Below are positions 40,053 to 49,612 of a stretch of DNA of 64,000 nucleotides, in pieces. The position numbers and the translations under genes are program-made. Positions within the stretch are counted from its first letter, which is position 1; each line of letters begins with the position of its first letter. The DNA is taken from contig CAWJMB010000002.1 of NCBI GenBank assembly GCA_963843845.1, forward strand, positions 3,104,001-3,168,000, in the 5' to 3' direction. The notes beneath the pieces are model-generated. The model saw only the letters and a program-made list of their open reading frames with translations, did not search any database and had not been told where the DNA came from. The stretch is from an uncultured Gemmatimonadaceae bacterium. GTDB lineage: Bacteria; Gemmatimonadota; Gemmatimonadetes; Gemmatimonadales; Gemmatimonadaceae.

Positions 40053-40968
40053 GTGCCCGACACTCCTCGCCCACCGCGCGCGCACGTCCTCGCCGCGTTC
40101 GCCGCCGTCTACGTCGCCTGGGGCGCGACCTACCTCGCGATCCGCTACGCGATCGACACGATCCCGCCGTTCGTCATGGGCGGGACGCGGTTCCTCGTCG
40201 CCGGCGCGCTGCTCTACGGCTGGTGTCGCTGGCGCGGGGCGCCGCCGCCGACGCGCCGCGAGTGGGTGTGGGCGGCGTTCGTCGGCGTCCTCATGCTCGG
40301 CCTCGGCAACGGCGGCGTCGGGTGGGCGGAGACGCGTGTGCCGTCGGGGATCACGGCGCTCATCGTCGCGAGCGTCGCCCTGTGGATCGTGGTGGCCGAC
40401 TGGGCGCGTCCCGGCGGACGGCGGCCGCCGCCGCTCGTCGCTCGCCGGCGTGCTCGTCGGACTCGGCGGCGTCGCCCTCCTCGTCGGTCCGTCGGGGGGC
40501 GGCGAGCGGATCGACGTGGTCGGCGCGCTCGTGCTCACCCTCTCGGCGCTGGCGTGGGCGATCGGCTCGCTCTTCTCGCGCAACGCCCCGATGCCGCGAC
40601 CGACGCTCCTCGGCGCCGCGGTGCAGATGCTGGCCGGGGGCACAGCGCAGTTCGCGGCCGGGATCGCGACCGGACAGCTCGCGGCATTCGCTCCGGGCGA
40701 CGTGAGCACGCAGTCGCTCGTCGCGTTCGCGTACCTCGTCGTCGGCGGCGCGCTCGTCGGCTACACGGCGTACATCTGGCTCGTGGAGCACGTCCCGCCG
40801 GTGCAGGCGACGACGTACGCCTACGTCAACCCGATCGTCGCCGTGCTGCTCGGCTGGGCGGTGGCCGGCGAGCAGCTCGGCGGGCGTGTGCTCGTCGCGA
40901 TGGCGGTGATCGTCGGGGCAGTGGCGCTCGTCACGGTCGGCCAGCACGGCAACGATCCGTCATCCTGA
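40053..40968 (+). CDS. EamA/DMT family transporter; frameshift near 40435
   Basis: VYVAWGATYLAIR...GGTRFLVAG in one frame and YAYVNPIVAVLLGW in the next. Confidence 0.85.
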
Positions 40969-40992
40969 GCGCCCGGCGCAGGATGACGGATC
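40954..40992. repeat. REP-like hairpin GATCCGTCATCCTG...CAGGATGACGGATC between convergent genes
   Basis: 14-bp perfect inverted repeat; the EamA stop codon lies at the end of the left arm. Confidence 0.7.
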
Positions 40993-41004
40993 GGATCGGA
41001 CCCG

Positions 41005-41688
41005 TCAGGCCGCTCGGCGCCGGCGCGTCGCCACGCCGACGAGCGCGAGGCCACCGCCGACGAGCAGCACCGTGGCCGGCTCGGGCACCGCGCTGATCGC
41101 GCTCGCCGAGAACGTCGCCTCGAACGCGAGGTCGACGTCGGTCCCGAACACCGGCGAGAGCGGCTGGAGTCCGCCGCCGAAGTCGCCCACGGCTTCCCCG
41201 GTCGCAGAGGCGTTGCCGGTCGCCTGTGTCAGCGCATTCGTGCCGGCGGCGAAGAGACCGCTCGTCGCGTTCACCGAGAGGAACGCGACGTACGTCCGCG
41301 ACGGGTCGAGGGCGAGATCGAGCGGCGAACCCGACGTCGGGTACTGTACGCGGACGCCCCCCGTGGCCATGACGCTGGTGCCCTGGATGTTGCCGCTCGT
41401 GAAGAGCACGGGGCCGATCGCGCCGCCGGTGAAGTCGGCGATCGACGCGCGGTAGAGCAGCGACGAGCCGGTGCCGGCGTCGTCGCGGAGGAAGAACGCG
41501 AACGACTGCAGGAAGCCGTTCAGCGGCACGAACGTCTGCCCGATCGACGTGAAGGTCAGGAGTGCCGGGTCCTGTCCGAACGGTCCGATCTCCGCCCCGC
41601 CCGCATCGGGCGCGATCGTGAGCGTCTGCGCGGTGAGCGACGAGGCGGCGAAGAGTGCGGCTGCTGCGGCGGAGAGGAGCTTTCGCAT
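41005..41688 (-). CDS. PEP-CTERM sorting domain protein
   Basis: Signal peptide MRKLLSAAAAALFAASSLTAQ; C-terminus VPEPATVLLVGGGLALVGVATRRRRAA. Confidence 0.9.
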   Translation of the reverse strand: MRKLLSAAAAALFAASSLTAQTLTIAPDAGGAEIGPFGQDPALLTFTSIGQTFVPLNGFLQSFAFFLRDDAGTGSSLLYRASIADFTGGAIGPVLFTSGNIQGTSVMATGGVRVQYPTSGSPLDLALDPSRTYVAFLSVNATSGLFAAGTNALTQATGNASATGEAVGDFGGGLQPLSPVFGTDVDLAFEATFSASAISAVPEPATVLLVGGGLALVGVATRRRRAA

Positions 41689-41716
41689 GAGGAATGTGCG
41701 TGGTGGGCGCCGGTGC

Positions 41717-44068
41717 TCAGCTCACGACGACGGTCTTCGTCGTGACGCTCGTACCGCCGCGCTTGTCGGTGATCGTCACCTTGACGACGTACGTGCCCGG
41801 CACGCTCCACATCTTCTGGCGTGCGAGCGGCCGCGTGCTCGGGTAGGCCGACAGGTACGTGCCGGTCACGGACGTACCATCGCCCCACTCGATGACGACC
41901 TTGAACGGTGCATCGGTCGTACCATCGGCGTCCTGCCACGACAGGCTCAGCGTCGTCGCCTGCCCGGCGGTCACGGTCGCGGGCGTCGCGATCTCCGCCT
42001 GCGGGAGGCAATTCCGCACCTCGACGCGGCACTCGATCGCCTCCGGGAGCGCGGCGAGGAAGTCGTAGCCGGTCGACTGCTGGATCTTCTGCACCGTGGT
42101 GAGATACGTCTGCCAGTTGACCGACGCGATGCCGTCGACGTTCGGCATGTTGACGGCGATGACGTTCAGGTCCGCTGTCCTGGCGACCTGGGCGAGCCCG
42201 CTGTCCGCCTTGACGAAGACCACGATCTTCCACGTCGAGTCGGGGATGAAGATCTTCCCGAGCCCGTTCAGCGAGCCGAGTCCGACGCCGTTCGTGAAGA
42301 CGCCGCCGGCGATCTGATAGACCTCACGTCCCGCGCGTGCCGAGTCGCGAAGCGCCTCTTCGAGCCGCGCCCAGGGGCCGGCGTTCAGCGCGTTCTTCTG
42401 CGGCAGGACGTTCGTGAGGAAGAACGTCGTGCCGTTCTCGGTGTTCGTCGTCGTCTCGTCGGCCGACGGGTGCATGTGGCCGCGGTCGTAGAGGCCGCCG
42501 GTGATGTAGTCCGCCGTGGTGTACGCCGGGAAGCCGAGTCGCGTCAGCGCCGTGTCGGCCGTGAAGCAGTTGCACCGGTCGGTCGAGCCGAGGTGCGTCG
42601 TGCTGAGATCCCAGCTCACCCAGTTCGGGCCGCCGCGCTGCGGGTTGTACGACAGCGTGTACTGCTTGCGGGCGATGATGACGTCGTCCGACGCGTCGGC
42701 GTCAGTCGGCGTGCCGAACTCGGTGTCGTGCTCCACGCGCACGTTGTTCGCGAACAGCTGCGACTGCACGGTGACGGTCGTCGACCCCGCCGAGCCGTCG
42801 GCGGTGAACACCGCGATGGCGGCCGAGCCGGTGTCGATCGCGGTGATGACGCCGCGGGAATCGACCGTGAGCTTGGCCGGGTTCGAGCTGGCCCACGTCA
42901 CGTTCGAGACGGTGTTCCCCGACGCGTCGGTCCCGCTCGCGAACAGCTGCGTCTGGAAGCCGACCGGCAGCGGGTCGGCGCGGGCGCTCACCGAGACGCT
43001 TCCGCCCTGCGAGACGACGAGCGTGACCGAGCCCGTGCGCGTGATCCCGCCCACGGTCGTCGTCGCGCTGATCGTCACGAACCCGCCCGGCGTGACGGCC
43101 GTGACTCGGCCCGTGTTGTCGACGGTCGCACGGCCGGCGTCGCTCGTCGTCCACGTGAACGTCGCGCCGGCGATCTCGGCGTTCGCGGAGTCCCTCGCTT
43201 GAGCCGTCAGTTGCAACGGCGTGCCGACGCTCACGCGCGAGCCGCCGGTAATGACGACGCGGGCGAGCGGGCCGGCCGTGGGGGGCGGCGGCGGCGGAGA
43301 GCCACCACTGCGCGGGTTCGCGGCGGCGACGGTGAAGTCGGTGCCGTTCACGTTCGTGTCCTGGAAGCCGCCTGCCGCGAGCGGCTTCCGCTGGGCCGAG
43401 TTCGCGTTCGACAGCGTCGCGACAGGGGTGCCGCCTTCCGAACAGTTCGCGCCGCTGGCGCCGGTGCCGTAGCCGACGAAGTCGATCACCGCCCCGCCGA
43501 GCGGGCAGGTCCCGGTGAGCGCCGTCGTGCTGGCGACGAGCGCGACCTTGCCGACCGTGCCGCTCATGCTGATCGCGCCGATCTGGTCCGGCGTCGGCAG
43601 CGGTGCCGAGCCGCCGCCCACCGTCGTGCCGGCCGCCTGTTGGACGAGGTAGAACCCGCCGGGCGCGATCTTGCCCGTGAGGTCGGTCTTGTTCGTCCAG
43701 CTCGACCCCGTCGCCGATGCGTACTGCACCGACGATCCGGCGAGGTTCACCGTGTCGGCGCCGCCGTTGTACAACTCGATGAAGTCGTTCTTGTAGAATG
43801 AGCCGCCGTTCCCGCCCCCGCCGTACACCTGGCTGATGACGACGCCGCTCGTGCTCGAGAGCGGCACGCTGGCGAACGACGGGCGGACCGGCACGGGCGC
43901 GACGACCGTGTCGACGCTCGTCGAGCAGGCGCCGGCGACGACGAGCGGCAGGAGGGACAGCGGCGACCAGCCGCGGCCAGACGAGTGAACGGCGCATGAG
44001 CACAGGACGAGGGTGAAACGGCGCAGCGTGCCGACACTGCCAGAGGAGGGGCGCGATGCCGACAGCAT
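41717..44068 (-). CDS. Secreted DNA/RNA non-specific endonuclease with lamin-tail, Ig-like (Big_2) and PKD-like domains (start uncertain)
   Basis: VVISQVYGGGGN...DFIELYN (lamin-tail), two Big_2-like repeats, YDRGHMHPSAD...TFFLTNVLPQKNALNAGPW and IEWGDG; lipobox VAGAC. Confidence 0.85.
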   Translation of the reverse strand: MLSASRPSSGSVGTLRRFTLVLCSCAVHSSGRGWSPLSLLPLVVAGACSTSVDTVVAPVPVRPSFASVPLSSTSGVVISQVYGGGGNGGSFYKNDFIELYNGGADTVNLAGSSVQYASATGSSWTNKTDLTGKIAPGGFYLVQQAAGTTVGGGSAPLPTPDQIGAISMSGTVGKVALVASTTALTGTCPLGGAVIDFVGYGTGASGANCSEGGTPVATLSNANSAQRKPLAAGGFQDTNVNGTDFTVAAANPRSGGSPPPPPPTAGPLARVVITGGSRVSVGTPLQLTAQARDSANAEIAGATFTWTTSDAGRATVDNTGRVTAVTPGGFVTISATTTVGGITRTGSVTLVVSQGGSVSVSARADPLPVGFQTQLFASGTDASGNTVSNVTWASSNPAKLTVDSRGVITAIDTGSAAIAVFTADGSAGSTTVTVQSQLFANNVRVEHDTEFGTPTDADASDDVIIARKQYTLSYNPQRGGPNWVSWDLSTTHLGSTDRCNCFTADTALTRLGFPAYTTADYITGGLYDRGHMHPSADETTTNTENGTTFFLTNVLPQKNALNAGPWARLEEALRDSARAGREVYQIAGGVFTNGVGLGSLNGLGKIFIPDSTWKIVVFVKADSGLAQVARTADLNVIAVNMPNVDGIASVNWQTYLTTVQKIQQSTGYDFLAALPEAIECRVEVRNCLPQAEIATPATVTAGQATTLSLSWQDADGTTDAPFKVVIEWGDGTSVTGTYLSAYPSTRPLARQKMWSVPGTYVVKVTITDKRGGTSVTTKTVVVS

Positions 44069-44124
44069 GAAACGTAGAACATCAGCTCGCCGCCCGACAC
44101 GCCCGTCACCAGTTTGATACGGAC

Positions 44125-45829
44125 ATGACCCGTTCGGAGCGACACGAATCGCTCGCCGCGCTGCAGGAGAGGCCGTTCGACGTCCTCGTCGTCGGCGGGG
44201 GGATCACAGGCGCGGGCGTGGCGCGCGACGCCGCGCTGCGCGGCCTGCGCACCGCGCTCGTCGAGCGCGACGACTGCGCGGCCGGCACGTCGAGCCGCTC
44301 GTCGCGCCTCGTGCACGGCGGCGTGCGCTACCTCGAGCACGGACATCTCGGGCTCGTGTTCGAGTCGAGTCGCGAGCGGCGGATCCTGCTCCGACGCGCG
44401 CCGCACCTCGTGCGTCCGCTGCGTTCACCTGGCCGGTGTATCGCGGCGCGCGCGTGCCGCGGTGGAAGGTCGAGGCCGGGCTCGCGCTGTACGACGCGCT
44501 CGCGCTGTTCCGCAACGTCGGGACGCACCGACCGCTGGGCCGCGGCGGCGTGCTCGCGCGCGAGCCCGCGACTCACCCCCGACGGGCTCCGCGGCGGCGC
44601 GACCTACTTGGATGCCGCCACCGACGACGCGCGCCTCACGCTCGCCAATGCGCTCTCGGCGCGCGACGCTGGCGCGACGGTGGTGAATCACGCGGCGGTG
44701 GCGCGACTCGCGTTCGGTCCCGACGGCGTCCGCGCCACGATCCGCGTGCGCTCGGCGATGCGACGAACGGTTCGGGCGGGGGCGCGACGGTCGAACTGCG
44801 GGCGCGCGTGGTCGTCAATGCGGCCGGCCCGTGGAGCGACGCCGTGCGGACGCTCTGGTGACGGAGCCGGCGGCGCGCACGAGCGGCGTGCTCGGCGCGA
44901 AGGGCGTGCACGTCGCCGTTCCGGCCGCGGCGGCTCGGCAACCGCGGCGCGCTGACGCTCGTCTCGCCGCTCGACGGGCGCGTGATGTTCGTGCTCCCGG
45001 CCGGCACGCATTCCGATCGTCGGGACGACCGAGACGCCGGCGGAGCGCGGGCCCGACGAGATGCGCGCGACGGAGGGGGACGTCGACTACCTGCTGCGCT
45101 CGGCGAACGCGTTCTTCCCCGACGCGCGGCTCGACGCGCGACGACGTGGTCGCGGCGTGGGCGGGGATCCGGCCGCTCGCGGCGCGGCGGAGCGCCCGGG
45201 GCGGGCGGCACGGCGAGCGCGTCGCGCGAGCACGCGATCGACGTCGGACCCGCGCGGGCTCGTGACGGTGACCGGCGGCAAGCTCACGACGTACCGCGCG
45301 ATGGCCGGCGCAGGTGGTCGACGCGGCGGTCGCGCTGCGCGGCTGGGCGGTCCGCCGGCGCGCGCACCGAGCACGCTGTCCGCTCCCCGGCGGCGACGTG
45401 CCGTCGCTCAGCGCGCTCGAGGCGAGCGTCGCGTCGGTCGTCGGCGACGCAGACGGTCGCGCGGCGGCTCGCGCGCGCGTACGGCGCCGACTGGCGCCGC
45501 GTGTGGCGCTACGCCGAGGCGGACCGCGCGCTCGCGGCGCCGGCTCGTCGATGCCCTGCCGTACGTCGCCGCCGAGCTGCGCCACGCGGTGCGAACGCGA
45601 GCAGGCGTGCACGCTCGCCGACCTGCTCGTGCGCCGCATGCCGATCGCGTTCGAGACGCGCGACGCCGGGCGCGCGGCGGCGCGCGTCGCGGCGCCGATC
45701 GTCGCGCCTGCGCTCGGCTGGGACGACAGCGCGGTCGCCCGCGCGCTGGACGCGTACGACCGCGAGGCGGCGCGACTGTTCGCGGTCGAAACGGTGGCAC
45801 GAACCGTGGATAGATTGTCGCCCCGATAG
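44125..45829 (+). CDS. glpD: FAD-dependent glycerol-3-phosphate dehydrogenase; many frameshifts
   Basis: VVGGGITGAGVARDAALRG, GTSSRSSRLVHGGVRYLE, VNAAGPW, WAGIRPL and GGKLTTYRAMA. Confidence 0.85.
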
Positions 45830-45884
45830 CGCCGGCGATCACGCGGGACGACCGGCGAGTACTCGGACATGGTGGGAGGGGCGG

Positions 45885-48035
45885 GTGAGCGCCGCGCACG
45901 ACGAGGACCCGAGAGCGACTGCCACCGAGCACGACGCCCTGCCGGCGACCGTCCTCGGTGATCTTCCGACCCGACTCGTCGACCGGCTCCGATTCCTGGA
46001 GAGCGCGTTCGGGTCGTCGCAGAACGCGATCATCATCACGGACTGCCAGCGCGCCGACAATCCGGTCGTCGCGGCGAACCCGGCGTTCACGCGCGTGACC
46101 GGGTACGCGCCAGACGAGATCATCGGCCGGAACTGCCGCTTTCTCCAGCGCGACGACCGCGATCAGCCCGAGATCGACGTGCTCCGCAGCGCGATCGTCG
46201 GCGGCCACGAGGCGTTCGTGACGCTGCGCAACTACCGGCGCGACGGCACGATGTTCTGGAACGAGCTGCGGATCGCGCCGATCCGCGACGCGCGCGGTGC
46301 CGTGACGCACTTCCTCGGCATCCAGAACGACGTGTCGGAGCGCGTGCTGGCCGAGCAGGCGCTCGTCCGCCGCACGGCCGATCTCGAGCGCGCCCGCGAC
46401 CAGTTGCAGGACCAGGCGATCGAGCTCGCCGATGCGACGCAGGCGCGCGACCGCTTCATGGCGACCGTGTCGCACGAGATGCGCACGCCGATCAACGCGG
46501 TCCTCGGCTATGCCGACCTGCTCGACCTCGAGATCCCCGGGTCGCTCACCGACGCGCAGCGCGACTACGTCGCGCGCATCCAGCGCACCGGGCGCGGGTT
46601 GCTCGACCTCGTGAACGACGTGCTCGACCTGACGCGCGCCGAGTTCGGCCATCTCGACGTCGAGCTCGCGTCGGTCGACCCGCTGCCGGTGATCGAAGAG
46701 GTCGCGGCACTCGTCGAAGGGCAGGCGCAGCAGAAGGGGCTCGTGCTCAGCCTCGTCGCGCCGGACGGCGCGGTGCCGCCTGTCCGCGCCGACCGCCGCC
46801 GCGTGCGGCAGGTGCTGCTCAACCTGCTGGCGAACGCGGTGAAGTTCACCGAGACCGGTACGGTCACGCTGCGCATCAGTACCGTCGGTCCGCGGGTGGA
46901 GTTCTCGGTCGGCGATACGGGCATCGGCATCTCGCCGGAACAGCTTCCCTTCGTGTTCGAGGAGTTCTATCAGGCCGATCGCAATCTCACCCGGCGCTAC
47001 GGCGGCGCCGGGCTCGGGCTGGCGATCAGTCGCCGCCTCGCGCAATTGATGGGCGGCGAGCTCACCGCGCGGAGCGAGCTTCGGCGCGGCTCGACGTTCA
47101 CGCTGACGCTGCTCCGCGCCGACGACGGGGGCGGCGACGGCAGCGACGGTAGCGACCGCGCGGCCAGCGTCGTCGACGGGTCCGCGCAGGCCGGGAGCGA
47201 CGGGCGCCACCCCGCCGACGGCGAACGGCCGCCGCGCACGCCGATCCGCGTCGTCGTGTTCGGGCCGGACGACAGCGTCCTCGGCGAGCTCGGTCGGACG
47301 CTGTATCCGGACATCCAGATCCTCGTGGCGCGCACGTCGGACGACGTCCGCGGGCTCGCCCACCGCGAACACGCCGCGCTCATCGTGCTCGACGTGAATG
47401 CCAACGGTGGCGCCGGGTGGCAGGTGGCCCACACGCTGCGCGAGGATTCGACGCTCGACCACGTGCCCATCCTCATTCTGCCGACGTCGGCGGGCGGTGC
47501 CGGCCGCGTGGCGTCGGCGCTCGACCTCGGCGTCGTGGCGTTCGCGGGGAAGATGCGCGAACCGCCGACCGACGAAGCGGCGCGGCTCACGCGTGCCGTC
47601 GAGCGCGCGGCGACCGACGCGGCCGCCCGGCGTGGCGAGAGCAACAGCCCGACTGCGGGGGCGGCGATCGACGTGCTCGTCGTCGACGACGACGCCGACG
47701 CGCGACGCATCACGATGCAGGTGCTCCAAAATGCCGGCGCGTCGGTGCGCGAGGCGACCGACGGCGAGAGCGGGCTGGCCGCGATGCGAACCCGCCGACC
47801 GGACGTCGCCGTCATCGATCTCCTGATGCCAGTGCTCGACGGCTTCGGCGTCCTCGCCGCCATGCGAGCCGACGCCCGACTGCGCAGCGTCCCGGTCGTC
47901 GTCCTCACGACGAAGGCGTTGACGGCCGCCGAGCGAGACTATCTGGCGCGGACGGCGGAGCGCGTGCTCGAGAAGGGCGAGTACCGACTGAGCGACGTCG
48001 CGACGCTCATCCTGCGGGCCGCGACACGGCGGTAG
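45885..48035 (+). CDS. LOV-domain hybrid histidine kinase (LOV-HisKA-HATPase-REC-like-REC)
   Basis: SD GGAGG before the GTG; GRNCRFLQ, NYRRDGTMFWN, SHEMRTP, NAVKFT, GAGLGL and LVVDDD...DLLMPVLDG. Confidence 0.9.
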   Translation: MSAAHDEDPRATATEHDALPATVLGDLPTRLVDRLRFLESAFGSSQNAIIITDCQRADNPVVAANPAFTRVTGYAPDEIIGRNCRFLQRDDRDQPEIDVLRSAIVGGHEAFVTLRNYRRDGTMFWNELRIAPIRDARGAVTHFLGIQNDVSERVLAEQALVRRTADLERARDQLQDQAIELADATQARDRFMATVSHEMRTPINAVLGYADLLDLEIPGSLTDAQRDYVARIQRTGRGLLDLVNDVLDLTRAEFGHLDVELASVDPLPVIEEVAALVEGQAQQKGLVLSLVAPDGAVPPVRADRRRVRQVLLNLLANAVKFTETGTVTLRISTVGPRVEFSVGDTGIGISPEQLPFVFEEFYQADRNLTRRYGGAGLGLAISRRLAQLMGGELTARSELRRGSTFTLTLLRADDGGGDGSDGSDRAASVVDGSAQAGSDGRHPADGERPPRTPIRVVVFGPDDSVLGELGRTLYPDIQILVARTSDDVRGLAHREHAALIVLDVNANGGAGWQVAHTLREDSTLDHVPILILPTSAGGAGRVASALDLGVVAFAGKMREPPTDEAARLTRAVERAATDAAARRGESNSPTAGAAIDVLVVDDDADARRITMQVLQNAGASVREATDGESGLAAMRTRRPDVAVIDLLMPVLDGFGVLAAMRADARLRSVPVVVLTTKALTAAERDYLARTAERVLEKGEYRLSDVATLILRAATRR

Positions 48036-48045
48036 CGCGACGCGA

Positions 48046-48513
48046 CTACTGCTGGTGAATGGTCCGCAGCTCGATGACGGTGAGTCGGCGCGTCATGGCG
48101 GGCAGCTTGAGGATCACCAGATCGCCGACCCCCTTGCCGACGAGCGCCTTGCCGATCGGCGACGACATGCTGACCTGACTCTCGTCGAACTCGACCGCGT
48201 CGCCGAAGACGAGATTGTACGTCTCGCGCTGCTTCGTCCGCTCGTCCTCGACGACGACGGCCGAGCCGAGTCCGACCTTGTCGGACGGGATCTGCGACGG
48301 GTCGATCGACGAGAGCTTCGTGAGCCGCTGCGCGAGCTGGCCGAGCCGCGCCCGCACGAAGCCCTGACGCTCGAGCGCGGCCTTGTACTCGCTGTTCTCG
48401 CGCAGATCGCCGTGCTCGACCGCTTTCCGGATCTCGTTCGGCAGCGTGACGTTGAGCTCGTGGCGCAGTTTCGCCACCTCGTCGCCGAGCTTCTGCTTCA
48501 GTTCTTCGATCAT
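48046..48513 (-). CDS. greA: Transcription elongation factor GreA
   Basis: HGDLRENSEYKAA and SMSSPIGKALVGK. Confidence 0.92.
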   Translation of the reverse strand: MIEELKQKLGDEVAKLRHELNVTLPNEIRKAVEHGDLRENSEYKAALERQGFVRARLGQLAQRLTKLSSIDPSQIPSDKVGLGSAVVVEDERTKQRETYNLVFGDAVEFDESQVSMSSPIGKALVGKGVGDLVILKLPAMTRRLTVIELRTIHQQ

Positions 48514-48528
48514 GAGAGAAGTATAAGC

Positions 48529-49563
48529 TCAGGTCCGATCGCGGGCGGTTCGGCGCTGCGCCTCGTACGCCGCGCTCACCGCGTTCACCGCTTCCTGCGG
48601 GTCGTCGGTGAGGATCATGAGGTCGATGTCGCCGTCCGAGATCTTCCCCTCGCTCAGCACCCGCGACTGCAGCCAACGAATGAGGCCGGCCCAGTAGTGC
48701 CGTCCGAACAGCACCACCGGGAACTGATAGATCTTCCCCGTCTGGATCAGCGTCACTGCCTCGAACAGCTCGTCGAGGGTCCCGAAACCGCCGGGGAAGA
48801 TGATGAACGCGACCGAGTACTTGATGAACATCGTCTTCCGCACGAAGAAGTAGCGGAAGTTCACGAGCGTATCGACGTAGGGATTCGCGCCCTGCTCGAA
48901 CGGAAGCTCGATGTTGCAGCCGACCGATCGCCCGCCCGCGTCCTTCGCGCCGCGGTTGGCCGCTTCCATGATCCCGGGCCCGGCGCCCGTGAGCACCGAG
49001 AAGCCGGCCTCGGCGAGCAGCCGACCGACTTCCTGCGCCGCGGCGTACTGCGGGTCGTCCGGGCCGGTGCGCGCGGAGCCGAACACGGTGACGCCTTTCT
49101 CGACCGAGGCGAGCGTGTCGAACCCTTCGATGAACTCGCTCATGATGCGCATGACCCGCCACGGGTCGCTGCGCGTGAAGTCGTCCGAGGCACGCCGGTC
49201 CGGATGTGACGCCGGACTCGCGAGCAGCTTCTCGTCTTCGGTGACGTAGCGCGGATAGTCGCGGATCGACTCGTCGACGACGCGGGACGCGCCCTTCGAG
49301 CGTCCCGCGCTCTCGTCGGACTGTGTCGGCGGCGTGCGGCCGGCGGCGCGGTGGCCTTCCTCGGCCCGCTCGCGCGCACCGTCGAGTGCCTGCGACTCGG
49401 CGGCCGTTCGGTCGTCCGGATTCATCCGCTTTCCGGACGCCGAACGTGGGCCGCGCGAGGACGGCTTCTTCGGCGTCGTCGGGACACTCGCGGCGGACTT
49501 CGCCGAGGCGGTCTTCGCCGCGGCGGTCTTCGCCGCGGGCTTCGTGGTCGATCGTTTCGGCAT
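48529..49563 (-). CDS. LOG family / TIGR00730 nucleotide phosphoribohydrolase with long Lys/Ala-rich N-terminal extension
   Basis: VFGSART, TGAGPGIMEAANRGA, YFFVRKTMF and PGGFGTLDE. Confidence 0.9.
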   Translation of the reverse strand: MPKRSTTKPAAKTAAAKTASAKSAASVPTTPKKPSSRGPRSASGKRMNPDDRTAAESQALDGARERAEEGHRAAGRTPPTQSDESAGRSKGASRVVDESIRDYPRYVTEDEKLLASPASHPDRRASDDFTRSDPWRVMRIMSEFIEGFDTLASVEKGVTVFGSARTGPDDPQYAAAQEVGRLLAEAGFSVLTGAGPGIMEAANRGAKDAGGRSVGCNIELPFEQGANPYVDTLVNFRYFFVRKTMFIKYSVAFIIFPGGFGTLDELFEAVTLIQTGKIYQFPVVLFGRHYWAGLIRWLQSRVLSEGKISDGDIDLMILTDDPQEAVNAVSAAYEAQRRTARDRT

Positions 49564-49612
49564 CGGTCGTCGTCGGGCACGCGCGGAGCGGGACAGAAAG
49601 TTAGCGTGCAGG

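Noticed and set aside
44982..45884. Fusion of glpD to the LOV kinase (1017-aa ORF)
   Set aside because: The upstream part is an off-frame read-through of the frameshifted glpD; a good SD and GTG start exist at 45885.
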